A stretch of DNA of 64,000 nucleotides from Candidatus Moraniibacteriota bacterium (lineage in GTDB: Bacteria > Patescibacteriota > Minisyncoccia > Moranbacterales > UBA9337). The translations under genes were made by a program, and so were the position numbers. Below are positions 28,514 to 39,214 of this stretch, in pieces. The stretch covers positions 713 through 64,712 of the forward strand of contig JAOUHN010000002.1 in NCBI GenBank assembly GCA_029865125.1, in the 5' to 3' direction. Under the pieces are notes generated by a model. It had not been told where the DNA came from and did no database searches. It saw only the letters and a program-made list of their open reading frames with translations. The stretch's first letter is position 1. Each line of letters opens with the position of its first letter.

Positions 28514-29293
28514 GTGATCCAAATGAAAAAGTCACGATGGATTCAGCTTGACCCTAAGAGGTTGCTTCCGATTGGAAGAAATCTGACGAAAGCGGATTTG
28601 CTCAACATTAGCAATCAGTGGAAAGGTGTGTATCTGAGATTATTTCTTGAAAATAATCCGGACTTAATCTTTTCCAAGCATGCATTTGCGTATGTTAAGG
28701 AGTTGTCCAAAGAAAGTGGTCGTCTCAGAAAAGATCGTCGAGGAGACTTCATCCATCCATATAGGGTAGCGCAAATGGTCGCCCTGTTTGTGGTGTGGTA
28801 TTGTGAGATTTTTGATACCCCGCTGGACAGAAGACTCTTGGACATTCTTATTGCGGTAGCCTTGCTGCATGATGCTCCCGAAGATTATGACGGCGTATGG
28901 GGAGAAATTCTTAAGCTTTTTGGGGTGCATATTTCTAGTGTTGTTGACAACCTGGTCATTCGGGATAGTGAAAAAAAGAAGGAGAACAAATGGCAATATT
29001 TTGTTCGAGTTTTTTCTGATTTGATAGCCATCATTGTGAAAGCAGCAGATCGTATTCACAATACGAAAAACATGGCGAAGCACATTGGTAAAACAGATTT
29101 TTTTACTCCCAAAAGGATCAGTGATCAAAACAAGGAATCGCGTGAATTCATTATTCCTGCTATGCAGAAGCTTATAGAGCAAATGGGATCTGAAAGTCTG
29201 TTTGCGTATATGCTTCGGGAGCTGGAGATGACCATTGTTGATTCCGAGGCAATCCTGTATCGCTATCAAATAGCCCAAGGGAGGATGGAATAA
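28514..29293 (+). CDS. HD-domain protein, RelA/SpoT-type (p)ppGpp hydrolase-like
   Basis: HPYRVAQMVAL ... DILIAVALLHDAPED (the HD motif); no synthetase domain. Confidence 0.65.
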   Translation: MIQMKKSRWIQLDPKRLLPIGRNLTKADLLNISNQWKGVYLRLFLENNPDLIFSKHAFAYVKELSKESGRLRKDRRGDFIHPYRVAQMVALFVVWYCEIFDTPLDRRLLDILIAVALLHDAPEDYDGVWGEILKLFGVHISSVVDNLVIRDSEKKKENKWQYFVRVFSDLIAIIVKAADRIHNTKNMAKHIGKTDFFTPKRISDQNKESREFIIPAMQKLIEQMGSESLFAYMLRELEMTIVDSEAILYRYQIAQGRME

Positions 29294-29294
29294 C

Positions 29295-29339
29295 CGCGTC
29301 TGCGCTCATGTGAGTCTCAGGCGCGTTTTTTATTTTTTG
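29295..29339 (+). terminator. intrinsic terminator
   Basis: ccgcgtctgcgctcatgtgagtctcaggcgcg-ttttttatttttt. Confidence 0.6.
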
Positions 29340-29472
29340 GGTGATTTGGACTTTCAATTTTCGATTTTGTAGGCTTTTGAGACTTTATGAACTTTTGGCT
29401 TTTGACTCATGGAGTCTTGACTTTTGCCACTAAATGATATAAGATGGTCTCAGTTGTTAATCTAAAACTTTT

Positions 29473-29685
29473 ATGAAATTTCTTAACCTAGTTCACGTTA
29501 TTGTGTCAGCGTTGCTAATAGTTTCTATTTTACTCCAGAGTCGTGGATCAGGATTAAGCACAGTTTTTGGTGGTGGAATGGGAGGATATCACACTAAAAG
29601 AGGTTTCGAAAGGTTTTTGTTCTATTCTTCGATAACATTGGCTGTCCTGTTCGTGGGACTTGCGATTGTTAATGTTATCTTTTAG
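29473..29685 (+). CDS. secG: preprotein translocase subunit SecG
   Basis: 70 aa, two TM helices, LLQSRGSGLSTVFGGG signature. Confidence 0.75.
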   Translation: MKFLNLVHVIVSALLIVSILLQSRGSGLSTVFGGGMGGYHTKRGFERFLFYSSITLAVLFVGLAIVNVIF

Positions 29686-29732
29686 TAAAAATTATCAAAA
29701 AACATATCAGTAAAGGGATACTTAGACTACTT

Positions 29733-31400
29733 TTGCCGGGAAACTGGCGTCATCTTAATAATGTTTTGGACACGAAAGAAAAGATTATAATCTTTTTTCT
29801 TGTGGCCGTTCTGTCTTTTGCGTTTTTGTTTTGGATGGGGGTTTTTTATTTTCATTTTACAACTCCAATAGCTGACTTTGGAGGGACATATAAAGAAGGA
29901 ATGCTGGGTCAGCCACTCTATGCTAATCCTGTTTTCTCGCAAACCAGTGAAGTGGATGCTAGTTTGACGCAATTGGTGTATAGTGGAATTTTGAAATATG
30001 ATAAAACAGGAAATCTCGTTAATGATTTGGCAGAAAAATATGAAATTTCAGAGGACAAGAAGAAATATACTATATATCTCAAGCAAGGAGTTTTGTGGCA
30101 TGATGGAGAGATGTTGACCGCTGACGATATTGTGTTTACTGTGAATGTAATTAAAGATCCGGCATATAAGAGTCCTTTGAGGCAAAACTGGCAAGGAGTG
30201 GAAGTGAAAAAAATTGATGAATATTCCGTTGAATTTTTGATGGAAGATCAGCCATACTTTCGTTTTCTTGATAGTTTGACCTTAGGGGTGCTCCCTAAGC
30301 ATGTTTGGGAAAATATTGCCGCAGATAGATTTTTGTTGACAGAATACAATTTGAGACCGATTGGAACCGGTCCATTCAAGTTTGTGGATATGCAAAAAGA
30401 TTCTAATGGAAATATCATAACATATAACCTGAAATCTTTCGCAGACTATTTTGGAGGAAAAGCGTTTATTAATAATTTTTCATTTGTTTTTTATTCTGAT
30501 GAAGAATCTTTGATTTCTGCATATAGCAAAAAGGAAATCAATGGAATTAATGGAGTTTCACCAGAAAAAATTAGTGGGATTGATTTGGGAAAAAATACTA
30601 ATGTATATGAGATTAATGTCCCAAGATATTTTGCAGTTTTTTTGAACAAAAATAAAAGTGTTCCGCTTGCAGAAAAGGAAGTCAGAAGAGCTTTGAGATT
30701 TGGAACAAGCAGTCAGGCTGTTATCAATACTGTGTTGCATGAAAAAGCTAAGTGCATTGACGGACCTTTTTTGAATGAATCAAGCAAGTGTCATGAAGGA
30801 GGATATGACATAGAAAAAGCAAAGAGTATTCTGGAAGAATCTGGATGGAAGGTGGGCGATGATGGAGTGAGATCAAGAAATGACGTTCGACTCAGATTTA
30901 ATTTATTGACAATTGATTGGCCAGAGCTTTCAAATACTGCATTTGAACTTCAAAATCAATGGTCAGCGCTTGGTGCTGAGGTAGAGGTCAATGTTTTGAG
31001 TGTTTCAGATTTGAGACAGAATTATATTCGTCCAAGAGAATATGATGCGATTTTGGTTGGACAAGCAATTTCTTTCAATCCAGATCCATATTCTTTCTGG
31101 CATTCCAGTCAAAAAAAGGATCCAGGTTTCAATTTCTCAATGTTTGAGAATGAAGAGGCTGATGAAATACTTCTAGAAACAAGAAAAGAATTCAACACAG
31201 AAAAAAGAAATGAAAAATATAATAGATTAGAGGAAATTATTGATGAAGAGAGTCCAGCTGTTTTTCTATATACACCAATGTATTTGTATGTTTTAAATAA
31301 ACAAATCCAGGGAATTGATTTTGAAAATCTCAATGATGTGAGTCACAGATTTTCTGATATCGAAAAATGGTATATTGAAACAAAAAGAGTTAGAAAATAA
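29733..31400 (+). CDS. ABC transporter substrate-binding protein, family 5 (peptide/nickel type)
   Basis: N-terminal anchor, SBP_bac_5-like length and motifs (VYSGILKYDKTGNLVNDLAEKYEIS ... VLWHDGEMLTADDIVFT). Confidence 0.8.
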   Translation: MPGNWRHLNNVLDTKEKIIIFFLVAVLSFAFLFWMGVFYFHFTTPIADFGGTYKEGMLGQPLYANPVFSQTSEVDASLTQLVYSGILKYDKTGNLVNDLAEKYEISEDKKKYTIYLKQGVLWHDGEMLTADDIVFTVNVIKDPAYKSPLRQNWQGVEVKKIDEYSVEFLMEDQPYFRFLDSLTLGVLPKHVWENIAADRFLLTEYNLRPIGTGPFKFVDMQKDSNGNIITYNLKSFADYFGGKAFINNFSFVFYSDEESLISAYSKKEINGINGVSPEKISGIDLGKNTNVYEINVPRYFAVFLNKNKSVPLAEKEVRRALRFGTSSQAVINTVLHEKAKCIDGPFLNESSKCHEGGYDIEKAKSILEESGWKVGDDGVRSRNDVRLRFNLLTIDWPELSNTAFELQNQWSALGAEVEVNVLSVSDLRQNYIRPREYDAILVGQAISFNPDPYSFWHSSQKKDPGFNFSMFENEEADEILLETRKEFNTEKRNEKYNRLEEIIDEESPAVFLYTPMYLYVLNKQIQGIDFENLNDVSHRFSDIEKWYIETKRVRK

Positions 31401-31482
31401 TTTTTTTGAAAATAAATATTAAAAAGAAAACGTAATCAGCAAAACTTTTTGAGTTTGTTGTTTGAGGCGTTGAAAAACAAAT

Positions 31483-32511
31483 ATGAAATTTGACACAAGT
31501 ATTGACAAAGCGAATGTGAGAAAGGTTATTTTGGAGGAAGCGGATCAGTTTGAAAAAGGTTTTGAGTTTGCAAAGGAAATCAAGATTAATGATAAATTTG
31601 AGTCAATTACTATTTCCGGTATGGGAGGCTCTGCACTTCCTGGAAATATCGTGAGAATTTTTTTGGGTGACCTGTTTGAGAGAGGTCAAAAGAAAAATAA
31701 GTTGGCAGTATATCACAATCGATTCTATGCACTTCCTAAGGAAGCTTATGATAAATCACTAAATATTATTTGTTCTTTCTCTGGAAACACAGAAGAAACT
31801 CTTGAATCATTTCAAGAGGCAATTGACAACAATCTTCCATGCGTAGGAATTTCAGCTGGTGGAAAATTGGAAGAAATGTGCAAAGAAAACAATATTCAGC
31901 ATGTCAAATTCTCTGGATTTGACAAAAATTTCCAGCCAAGAATGGCAACCGGATATTTCTTTGCAGCAATTTTTCAGATATTGATGAATGGAAAATTGAT
32001 AGATGATTGCACTGAGGAGGTTTTGAAAATGAGTGTCAAGTTGAAAAAAGAAACATTGGAAATGGAAGAGAGAGGAAAAGAATTGGCTGAAAAAATCAAA
32101 GGAAAAACCCCGATTATATATTCTTCAACAAAGTTCAAGTCTTTGGCTATGATTTGGAAGATTAAGATTAATGAAAATGCAAAAACCCCATGCTTTTGGA
32201 ATTTTTTTCCAGAACTGAATCACAATGAGATGGTTGGATTCACCAATCCTCAAGCTGATTTTTCTTTCATTATGCTTAGAGATCCAAATGACCACCCTCA
32301 GAATAAAAAGCGTTTTGATGTGATGGCAGAATTGATGATGAAGAAGGGCATGAATACTGAGATTATTGAAATGGAAGAAGGAAGTGTTTTTTATAAGATT
32401 TTCGCAACACTTTATCTGGGAGATTGGACGTCATATTATTTGGCATTAGCTTATGGACAAGATCCTAATCCAGTTGACATGGTGGAGGAATTCAAAACTT
32501 TGGTGAAATAG
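31483..32511 (+). CDS. bifunctional phosphoglucose/phosphomannose isomerase (archaeal-type PGI/PMI, SIS domain)
   Basis: ISGMGGSALPGNIVRIF ... C-terminal GDWTSYYLALAYGQDPNPVDMVEEFK. Confidence 0.75.
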   Translation: MKFDTSIDKANVRKVILEEADQFEKGFEFAKEIKINDKFESITISGMGGSALPGNIVRIFLGDLFERGQKKNKLAVYHNRFYALPKEAYDKSLNIICSFSGNTEETLESFQEAIDNNLPCVGISAGGKLEEMCKENNIQHVKFSGFDKNFQPRMATGYFFAAIFQILMNGKLIDDCTEEVLKMSVKLKKETLEMEERGKELAEKIKGKTPIIYSSTKFKSLAMIWKIKINENAKTPCFWNFFPELNHNEMVGFTNPQADFSFIMLRDPNDHPQNKKRFDVMAELMMKKGMNTEIIEMEEGSVFYKIFATLYLGDWTSYYLALAYGQDPNPVDMVEEFKTLVK

Positions 32512-32557
32512 CTCTAGTGGGCACAGAAAAGATATTCAAAGAATGATTGCTTGCTTA

Positions 32558-32718
32558 GAACCTGTTTAAAATCTCCATATTCTACTGCAAATCTGATATT
32601 TTGACTGCAAAATACATAAATTTAGCTAGATTATTTTCAATAATTCTTGCCTTAATTCTTGTATTTTTCGCTCAAAATATCAATTTTTTGCTACGAAAGA
32701 GAGATTCTAAGCAGGCTC
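32558..32718. mobile_element. MITE family B copy
   Basis: gaacctgtttaaaatctccatattctactgcaaatctgat...gagattctaagcaggctc. Confidence 0.8.
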
Positions 32719-32973
32719 TTGGAATTTTTCTTTCAAGATGAAGTTTTTATATTTTTGATAATATTAAAACGTTCACTAATGAAAATGAGAATTGTGATCA
32801 AGCTCTAAGTTGCAATGTTGTGAGATATTCTTTGAATAGAAGTACGAAGAAGTAGATTTTAAATATGTTTTTGGCATTCAGCCTAAAGCATACTTTATAT
32901 AAAAAATAATAATAAAAATGTTAACCTCAACTTTAAAAAGATGTGTTGTGGGTGACATTTTTACAGTAAATGA

Positions 32974-34917
32974 ATGAAAAATAATACGAGTAAGAAAATA
33001 GATGACTTTTTGGACAAACACTTTGAAGAAAGGACATCTGACAAGAAAAGAGAAGAAAATAAAAGTGATCAAAGAGGTAATAAGAAAGAGGAAATAAGAA
33101 GACATGGAAAAAGACATGGTCAAAAACAAGGAAAAAGACATGGTCAAAAACAAGGTCAAGGAAACAGACAAGGGCAAGGATCAGCGCAAAGAGGCGCGTT
33201 TTCTGGAGGAAAAGTTAAGATTCAACATGGTGAATATACACACACAGGAGAAAAGAAAGTAAAAATTATTCCGCTAGGAGGACAAGAAGAGGTCGGAAGA
33301 AACATGACTATCTTTGAATATGGAAATGATATCGTTATTCTTGATATGGGAATGCAATTTCCTGAAGAAGACATGCCAGGAGTTGATTATATTGTTCCTG
33401 ATATTTCATATCTCAAAGGGAAAGAAAAAAATATTCGAGGTGTCATTTTGAGTCACGGACATCTTGACCACATTGGAGCTGCTCCGATTCTTTTGAGAGA
33501 ATTGGGATATCCTCCAGTGATCGGGAGAGATCTGACGCTGGCTCTTGTGAAAAAGAAAATGGAAGACTTTGAAAAGAAATCTTCTGAGCTTCTAAAAACT
33601 ATTTATGTTAAATCTTTGGATAGTAAATTGAGATTAGGAGAATTTCAGGTGGGATTTTTTGATGTCGAACACTCTGTGATGGATGCTGTTGGAGTCACAT
33701 TGAACACACCAGAAGGAACAATCATCCATCCTGGAGATTGGACACTGGAGAGAGATGAAAGAGGGGAAAGAATTTTGTCATATGAAAATCTTGCCAATCT
33801 TCCACGTCCAACAACATTGATGTTGGAGAGTTTGGGGGCGCTTGATTATGGTGTTCCAACTCCGGAAGCTGAGATGTATAGAAACATCAAAAAGCTTATT
33901 GATCAAGCACAAGGAAAGGTTATTATCGGAACTTTTTCATCTCAGATCAGACGTATTGGTCAAATTATCGAGTATGCTTTTGAGGTTGGAAAAAAGGTTG
34001 CACTGGATGGATATAGTATGAAGATGAATATTGAAATTGCAAAAGAATTGGGGTACATCAAAGCTCCAAAAGACACGCTAATAGACGTGAGCAAGGTGAA
34101 TAACTATCCTGACAACAAGGTGATTGTGATTTGCACCGGAGCACAAGGTGAGGATAATGCTGCTTTGTCTAGAATTGTAAACAATAATCACAAATTTATC
34201 AGAATCAATAGAAAAGATACCGTGGTATTTTCTTCTTCTGTTATTCCTGGAAATGAAAGAACAATTCAGAGATTGAAGGACAACCTATACAGAAAAAGTG
34301 ACAATGTATATCACACAGACATTATGGATGTTCACACCAGTGGTCACTGTAATGCAGAGGATATCAAGGAAGTGATTAAGCAGATCAAGCCGGATTTCTA
34401 TGTTCCTGTATATGCTAATCATTATTTCTTGAAAGAGGCTCAAAAATTGGCAGTTGAAACAGGATTCAAAAAAGAAAACTCATTTATTTTGGATAACGGT
34501 TCTATTTTGGAGATAAAGGACAAAAAAGCTGTTATTTCAAGTAAAAAAGTTAAAACCGATTATGTGTTTATTGATGGATTGGGAATTGGTGATGTCGGAC
34601 AAGTTGTTCTTCGTGACAGACAGGTTTTAGCGGAAGATGGAATGTTCATGATCACTGTGATTATTGAAAGCAAGACAAAAAAGATTGTTGGAAATATACA
34701 AGTGATTTCAAGAGGATTCATTTTTGTTAAGGAAAATTTTGACCTTGTTAATGCTACTAAGTTGGTAGTCAAAAAAGTCATCAAAGAAAAGACTTCTCCG
34801 GATGCAAGCATTAACTGGAAATATGTTAAAGATAATATTCGTGAAGAAGTTGGAAAATTCTTATATCAAAAAACACAAAGAAGACCGATGATTCTTCCTG
34901 AGGTTATTGAGGTTTAA
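32974..34917 (+). CDS. rnj: ribonuclease J with repeat-derived basic/Gln-rich N-terminal extension
   Basis: Metallo-beta-lactamase HGHLDHIGA, beta-CASP and C-terminal domain. N-terminal HGKRHGQKQGKRHGQKQGQGNRQGQG is encoded by direct DNA repeats. Confidence 0.9.
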   Translation: MKNNTSKKIDDFLDKHFEERTSDKKREENKSDQRGNKKEEIRRHGKRHGQKQGKRHGQKQGQGNRQGQGSAQRGAFSGGKVKIQHGEYTHTGEKKVKIIPLGGQEEVGRNMTIFEYGNDIVILDMGMQFPEEDMPGVDYIVPDISYLKGKEKNIRGVILSHGHLDHIGAAPILLRELGYPPVIGRDLTLALVKKKMEDFEKKSSELLKTIYVKSLDSKLRLGEFQVGFFDVEHSVMDAVGVTLNTPEGTIIHPGDWTLERDERGERILSYENLANLPRPTTLMLESLGALDYGVPTPEAEMYRNIKKLIDQAQGKVIIGTFSSQIRRIGQIIEYAFEVGKKVALDGYSMKMNIEIAKELGYIKAPKDTLIDVSKVNNYPDNKVIVICTGAQGEDNAALSRIVNNNHKFIRINRKDTVVFSSSVIPGNERTIQRLKDNLYRKSDNVYHTDIMDVHTSGHCNAEDIKEVIKQIKPDFYVPVYANHYFLKEAQKLAVETGFKKENSFILDNGSILEIKDKKAVISSKKVKTDYVFIDGLGIGDVGQVVLRDRQVLAEDGMFMITVIIESKTKKIVGNIQVISRGFIFVKENFDLVNATKLVVKKVIKEKTSPDASINWKYVKDNIREEVGKFLYQKTQRRPMILPEVIEV

Positions 34918-34944
34918 AACCATTCTGAATATTGGAAAAATAAA

Positions 34945-34978
34945 ACATCCCGATCGAATCGGGATGTTTTGTGTTTTG
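34945..34978 (+). terminator. intrinsic terminator after rnj
   Basis: acatcccgat-cgaa-tcgggatgt-tttgtgttttg. Confidence 0.8.
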
Positions 34979-35035
34979 CGTGTTTTGTTGTAGAATAAGG
35001 ATAGACATAAATTCAAAAATATTCAACATAAAAAC

Positions 35036-35593
35036 ATGGGAATTCAATCAGGGAGTCAAATGATTTCTAAGTTTGTTAATCCGAAAGAGATCTTGGATAA
35101 GGTAGGCTTGAATGAAGGTGATAAGGTCGCAGATTTTGGGTGTGGTCCTGGATTTTTCACTCTTCCTGTGGCTGAAATTGTTGGTGGAGATGGAGAAGTG
35201 TATGCTTTTGATATCATGCCTCAGATTCTTGAGAATGTGACTAGCCAAGCAAAGTCAATGGGAATCACTAACATTGCCACCAAGAGAGTAAACCTTGAAA
35301 AAGAAAAGAGTTCTGGACTTGAGGATAATTCTGTTGATTTGGTTATTATCAAAAATGTGCTTTTTCAAAACAAGAACAAAGAGGAAATCATCAAAGAAGC
35401 ACACAGAATTCTCAAAGATGGTGGTAAAATTTTGGTGATGGAATGGAACAAAAGAAATCTTTTGGTGGGACCAGAAGAAAGTTTGAGAGTGGACAAAGAT
35501 GATTTGGATAGAATGTTGATTGGAGCTGGTTTTGTTTTGAAAGAACAAATGACAGCAGGTGATTTTCACTATATTTCCATAGCAAATAAATAA
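35036..35593 (+). CDS. class I SAM-dependent methyltransferase
   Basis: Motif I DFGCGPGFFT, motif post-I YAFDI. Confidence 0.75.
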   Translation: MGIQSGSQMISKFVNPKEILDKVGLNEGDKVADFGCGPGFFTLPVAEIVGGDGEVYAFDIMPQILENVTSQAKSMGITNIATKRVNLEKEKSSGLEDNSVDLVIIKNVLFQNKNKEEIIKEAHRILKDGGKILVMEWNKRNLLVGPEESLRVDKDDLDRMLIGAGFVLKEQMTAGDFHYISIANK

Positions 35594-35620
35594 TTTTTTC
35601 GTTATATAATTTAAAGACAG

Positions 35621-37033
35621 ATGAAAAGAAATACATTTAGAAAAATATCAACAATGTTGGTTATTGCAGTTTTTGCTGTTAATTTTTCTGGTTGCTTGAA
35701 ACAAACAACGATTCCCAAAAGTGCGGTTAGTTTGGAATTCTGGGGTGTTTTTGATGACAGCACCGCGTATAACAATGCGATTGATGAATATCGAAAAATG
35801 GATTCCATAGTTAGTGATATTCGATACAAAAAATTTAATGTAAATGAGTATCGAAATGATTTGATTGATGCATTGGCAGCTGGAAATGGTCCAGATATTT
35901 TCATGATCAATAGTGCATGGATTCCTGATTTTGAAAACAAAATCGCTTTTGCGCCCAAAGAAGTTTTTGGCGAAAAAGAATTCAGAGATACGTTTGTGGA
36001 TGTTGCTGCAAATGATTTATTGAGTAGCAATGGAGAGGTGATGGGAACAACGCTCAGTGTTGATTCTCTAGCTTTGTATTATAACAAAGATATTTTCAAT
36101 GCTGTTGGAGTCACAGCTCCTCCAAAAACATGGGAAGAATTTGTGGACATTGCCAAAAAAACAACCAGGATCAGTGATACGGGAGACATTTTACAATCAG
36201 GAGCAGCTATGGGATCTGTGAACAATATCAATAGAGCTACTGATGTGATTGACATGTTGCTATTTCAAAACGGAGTGTCTTTGCCACAAAGAAATAATGG
36301 TATTGTGAATTTGAATCAAACAATTCGAACGAAGGACGATACTGTTTCTGGTGGATCAAATGCTCTTGAGTTCTACACGAGATTTGCTAATTCTAATTCG
36401 CCTACGTACACCTGGAGTAGCGATGAATCAATGCACTATTCACTGGATGAATTCTATGAAGGGGATCTTGCAATGATGTTTAATTTTTCTTGGCACTATG
36501 AAACAATCAAAAGTAAAAACTCCAAGTTGAATTTTGCGGTGACCACTATCCCTCAGTTGAATCCGAACAGCCCTGCAAACACTTCTAATTATTGGGTTTT
36601 GGTTGTGAGCAAAAACAAAATTCAAGGTGATTCAGGAAGCGGTGTGGCGGTTTCAAATGAAACCAGAACACTCGAAGCGTGGCAATTTTTGAAATTTTTG
36701 ACAGCTAAAAACAATGGGCAATTTGGACTGATCAATCCGCTTACGGGTGAGAAGGTAACCTATACAATGAGTAGTGATCCAGCCAAAGACTATGTGATTC
36801 AAACTAACAAACCTGCTGCAAGAAGAGACATTATTGAAGAGCAAAAGAATGATCCGTTTCTGGGACCCTTTGTTCAAGGAAATCTCATCGCAAAGAGTTG
36901 GATTCGAAATAATTCTGATAGCATCGAATCTGTTTGGGGTGATGTTGTGAGTGAAATTAACAAAGGTGGAACCACTGTTGGTCAGGGTCTTAATATTGCA
37001 AATACCAGAATAAATAATTTTTTGACGAAGTAA
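35621..37033 (+). CDS. ABC transporter substrate-binding lipoprotein (family 1, sugar-type)
   Basis: Lipobox-like AVNFSGC; SBP_bac_1-like size and W/Y-rich binding cleft motifs. Confidence 0.65.
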   Translation: MKRNTFRKISTMLVIAVFAVNFSGCLKQTTIPKSAVSLEFWGVFDDSTAYNNAIDEYRKMDSIVSDIRYKKFNVNEYRNDLIDALAAGNGPDIFMINSAWIPDFENKIAFAPKEVFGEKEFRDTFVDVAANDLLSSNGEVMGTTLSVDSLALYYNKDIFNAVGVTAPPKTWEEFVDIAKKTTRISDTGDILQSGAAMGSVNNINRATDVIDMLLFQNGVSLPQRNNGIVNLNQTIRTKDDTVSGGSNALEFYTRFANSNSPTYTWSSDESMHYSLDEFYEGDLAMMFNFSWHYETIKSKNSKLNFAVTTIPQLNPNSPANTSNYWVLVVSKNKIQGDSGSGVAVSNETRTLEAWQFLKFLTAKNNGQFGLINPLTGEKVTYTMSSDPAKDYVIQTNKPAARRDIIEEQKNDPFLGPFVQGNLIAKSWIRNNSDSIESVWGDVVSEINKGGTTVGQGLNIANTRINNFLTK

Positions 37034-37037
37034 AAAT

Positions 37038-37460
37038 ATGAGCTTGTTTTTGAGAAAAAAAATCGTGATATTTGCTTCTTTGATTTTGATGATAGTGATT
37101 TTTCCGTTGATGGCAGATGCGGCTGCTCCTCTTGTTCCTTGTGGAAGAGGTTCTGATGTTGCAGATAGATGCACATTGTGTCATTTGATTGTAGGCGTTC
37201 ATGGTATTGTTGGGTATATTCGAAATTTATTGGCAGGTGTGGCCATTGCGATGATTGCTGTGGGTGGAGTGATGTATGTTATTTCGGCTGGCAGTCAGCA
37301 AATGATGGAAAAAGCAAAATCAGTCATTCAACAAGCTTTGATTGGAGTGGCTATTGTTTTGGGAGCTTGGTTGATCATTAACACGATGATGTTGTTTTTG
37401 GGAGCAAGTGATAATCTTGGAGTGAATGCTGTGAATTGGTACACATTTGATTGCAAATAA
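37038..37460 (+). CDS. T4SS-pilin-like (VirB2/TrbC-like, PF18895-type) small membrane protein, Cys-rich variant
   Basis: Signal peptide, CGRGSDVADRCTLCH, then conserved AIAMIAVGGVMYVISAGSQQMMEKAKSVIQQALIGVAIVLGA module. Confidence 0.55.
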   Translation: MSLFLRKKIVIFASLILMIVIFPLMADAAAPLVPCGRGSDVADRCTLCHLIVGVHGIVGYIRNLLAGVAIAMIAVGGVMYVISAGSQQMMEKAKSVIQQALIGVAIVLGAWLIINTMMLFLGASDNLGVNAVNWYTFDCK

Positions 37461-37474
37461 TTTGAAAAAAAATA

Positions 37475-37750
37475 ATGGAAATAATTAGTGTTGCTCATGC
37501 AGCAGGAGTAATTGAGGAAGCTCCTCGCTTGGTGGATGTTGGTGCGAACGTCATATATTTTTTGTTGCGAATCTTCGGTGTTCTTGTTATAATTGCATCA
37601 GTGATTGCAGGGATGATGTATCTCACTTCTTCTGGAGATGAAAGGAAAATCGAGGTTGCAAAAAGAGCAGCGACTTGGATTGTTGTGGGTATTTTTGTTG
37701 CATTGGGAGCAATCATTGTGACGAGGCAAATAATAAGTTTTTTGAGTTAG
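37475..37750 (+). CDS. T4SS-pilin-like small membrane protein
   Basis: VIAGMMYLTSSGDERKIEVAKRAATWIVVGIFVALGA module. Confidence 0.55.
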   Translation: MEIISVAHAAGVIEEAPRLVDVGANVIYFLLRIFGVLVIIASVIAGMMYLTSSGDERKIEVAKRAATWIVVGIFVALGAIIVTRQIISFLS

Positions 37751-37818
37751 TTGAGAATAATAAAAAACAAAAAAAATCAAAAATATTTTTGATAAAGTTA
37801 TTGAAAGGAGGTGGAAAT

Positions 37819-38181
37819 ATGAAAACAAAAATAAAAAATTTAGTGTATGGTTTGAGCTTGATGGTTTTGATAGCGCCTGTGTTGGTTTCTGCAGCGGATT
37901 CAAAGCCTGGCGCAGTTCCTTCTGAAGCGAATTTATCCAAAGCAACTTTTTTGGAAGTTTTGACTAAGTTTATGAACTGGCTACTCGGTTTGGTGGGTGT
38001 TTTGGGAGTAATTGGCTTTGCAATTTCTGGAATAATGTATCTCACAGCTGCCGGTGATGAAGGAAGAATAGAAACAGCCAAAAAGACTATGATCTGGTCA
38101 ATTGTTGGAATTGTGGTGGCTCTTATGGGGGGAATTATTTTGACTACTGTAACAGGAATCTTGGGAGAAGGAAGCAAATAA
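37819..38181 (+). CDS. T4SS-pilin-like small membrane protein
   Basis: Start moved to ATG 37819 behind AAAGGAGGTGG. Signal peptide, then AISGIMYLTAAGDEGRIETAKKTMIWSIVGIVVALMG. Confidence 0.6.
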   Translation: MKTKIKNLVYGLSLMVLIAPVLVSAADSKPGAVPSEANLSKATFLEVLTKFMNWLLGLVGVLGVIGFAISGIMYLTAAGDEGRIETAKKTMIWSIVGIVVALMGGIILTTVTGILGEGSK

Positions 38182-38263
38182 TCTAGTAAGTTAATTTTTT
38201 AAGAGCTTAAATCGTGCTTGCCTAGCACAATAGGGGGCATAAGCAGCATTCAATTTATTTTTT

Positions 38264-38626
38264 ATGATGAGTGAAATAAAAAAAATCTTTTGGTCGTTTG
38301 CGCTTTTTTCACTGTTAATCCCAGTGGTTGCATTCGGTCAATGGGATGAAGGAATGGGATATGCTGAAGATGCTGGACTGCCTGAGGGTACAATCGCTGA
38401 CATTTTGATCAATGTCATGGAATGGTTGCTCTCATTGGTAGGGGTTTTGGGAATAATCAGTTTTGCAATTTCCGGAATCATGTATCTCACAGCTGCTGGT
38501 GATGAAGGAAGAATGGAAACGGCCAAAAAGACCATGATTTGGGCAATCATCGGAGTCATTGTTGCTCTTGCGGGGGCGATTGCGATTACTACGATCGATG
38601 CTATTTTGAATGCAGATATTATATAG
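38264..38626 (+). CDS. T4SS-pilin-like small membrane protein
   Basis: AISGIMYLTAAGDEGRMETAKKTMIWAIIGVIVALAG. Confidence 0.6.
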   Translation: MMSEIKKIFWSFALFSLLIPVVAFGQWDEGMGYAEDAGLPEGTIADILINVMEWLLSLVGVLGIISFAISGIMYLTAAGDEGRMETAKKTMIWAIIGVIVALAGAIAITTIDAILNADII

Positions 38627-38768
38627 GCTCAAATCAAATAGGTTTAACAAATGCAAATGCAGTCTCAGGTTGAGACTGTTTTTTGTTTTTCAGACATTGT
38701 GGTATAATCAAAGAAATAATAAAACAAGGGTATTGATTGAGAGAGGATGATTTTTTCAAACCCGTCTA

Positions 38769-39194
38769 ATGAAAAAAAGTAACATGAAAACAAAAATTTT
38801 TTTTAGAAGTTGTGTTTTTTTCTTGTTTTCAATGATGTTGCTTGTTGTTTCAGAAGGTGTTTTGGCTGTTACTTGTCCCGGATCCGGTTTTGAAGTGGAG
38901 GGAGGAGTTTGCATCCCAACCGGAACAGGGCTTCCTGATCCTGGAACCAGCACGCCAGTGCTAGACATCCTGATCAATTTCATGGAGTGGGCTTTGAGCA
39001 TTTTTGGTGTGGTGGCGATAATCGCATTTATCATCTCCGGAATTCAATATCTGACTGCTACGGGTGATGAATCCAGAATCACAACAGCAAAAACAAACAT
39101 GAAATGGTCCATCGTGGGGGTCATTGTGGGACTCATCGGATACATCGTGATTACTACCATCGATGCAATTTTGAATACTTATGCTATAATTTAG
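38769..39194 (+). CDS. T4SS-pilin-like small membrane protein
   Basis: IISGIQYLTATGDESRITTAKTNMKWSIVGVIVGLIG. Confidence 0.6.
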   Translation: MKKSNMKTKIFFRSCVFFLFSMMLLVVSEGVLAVTCPGSGFEVEGGVCIPTGTGLPDPGTSTPVLDILINFMEWALSIFGVVAIIAFIISGIQYLTATGDESRITTAKTNMKWSIVGVIVGLIGYIVITTIDAILNTYAII

Positions 39195-39214
39195 ATTTTT
39201 AAGGTTATAAAAAA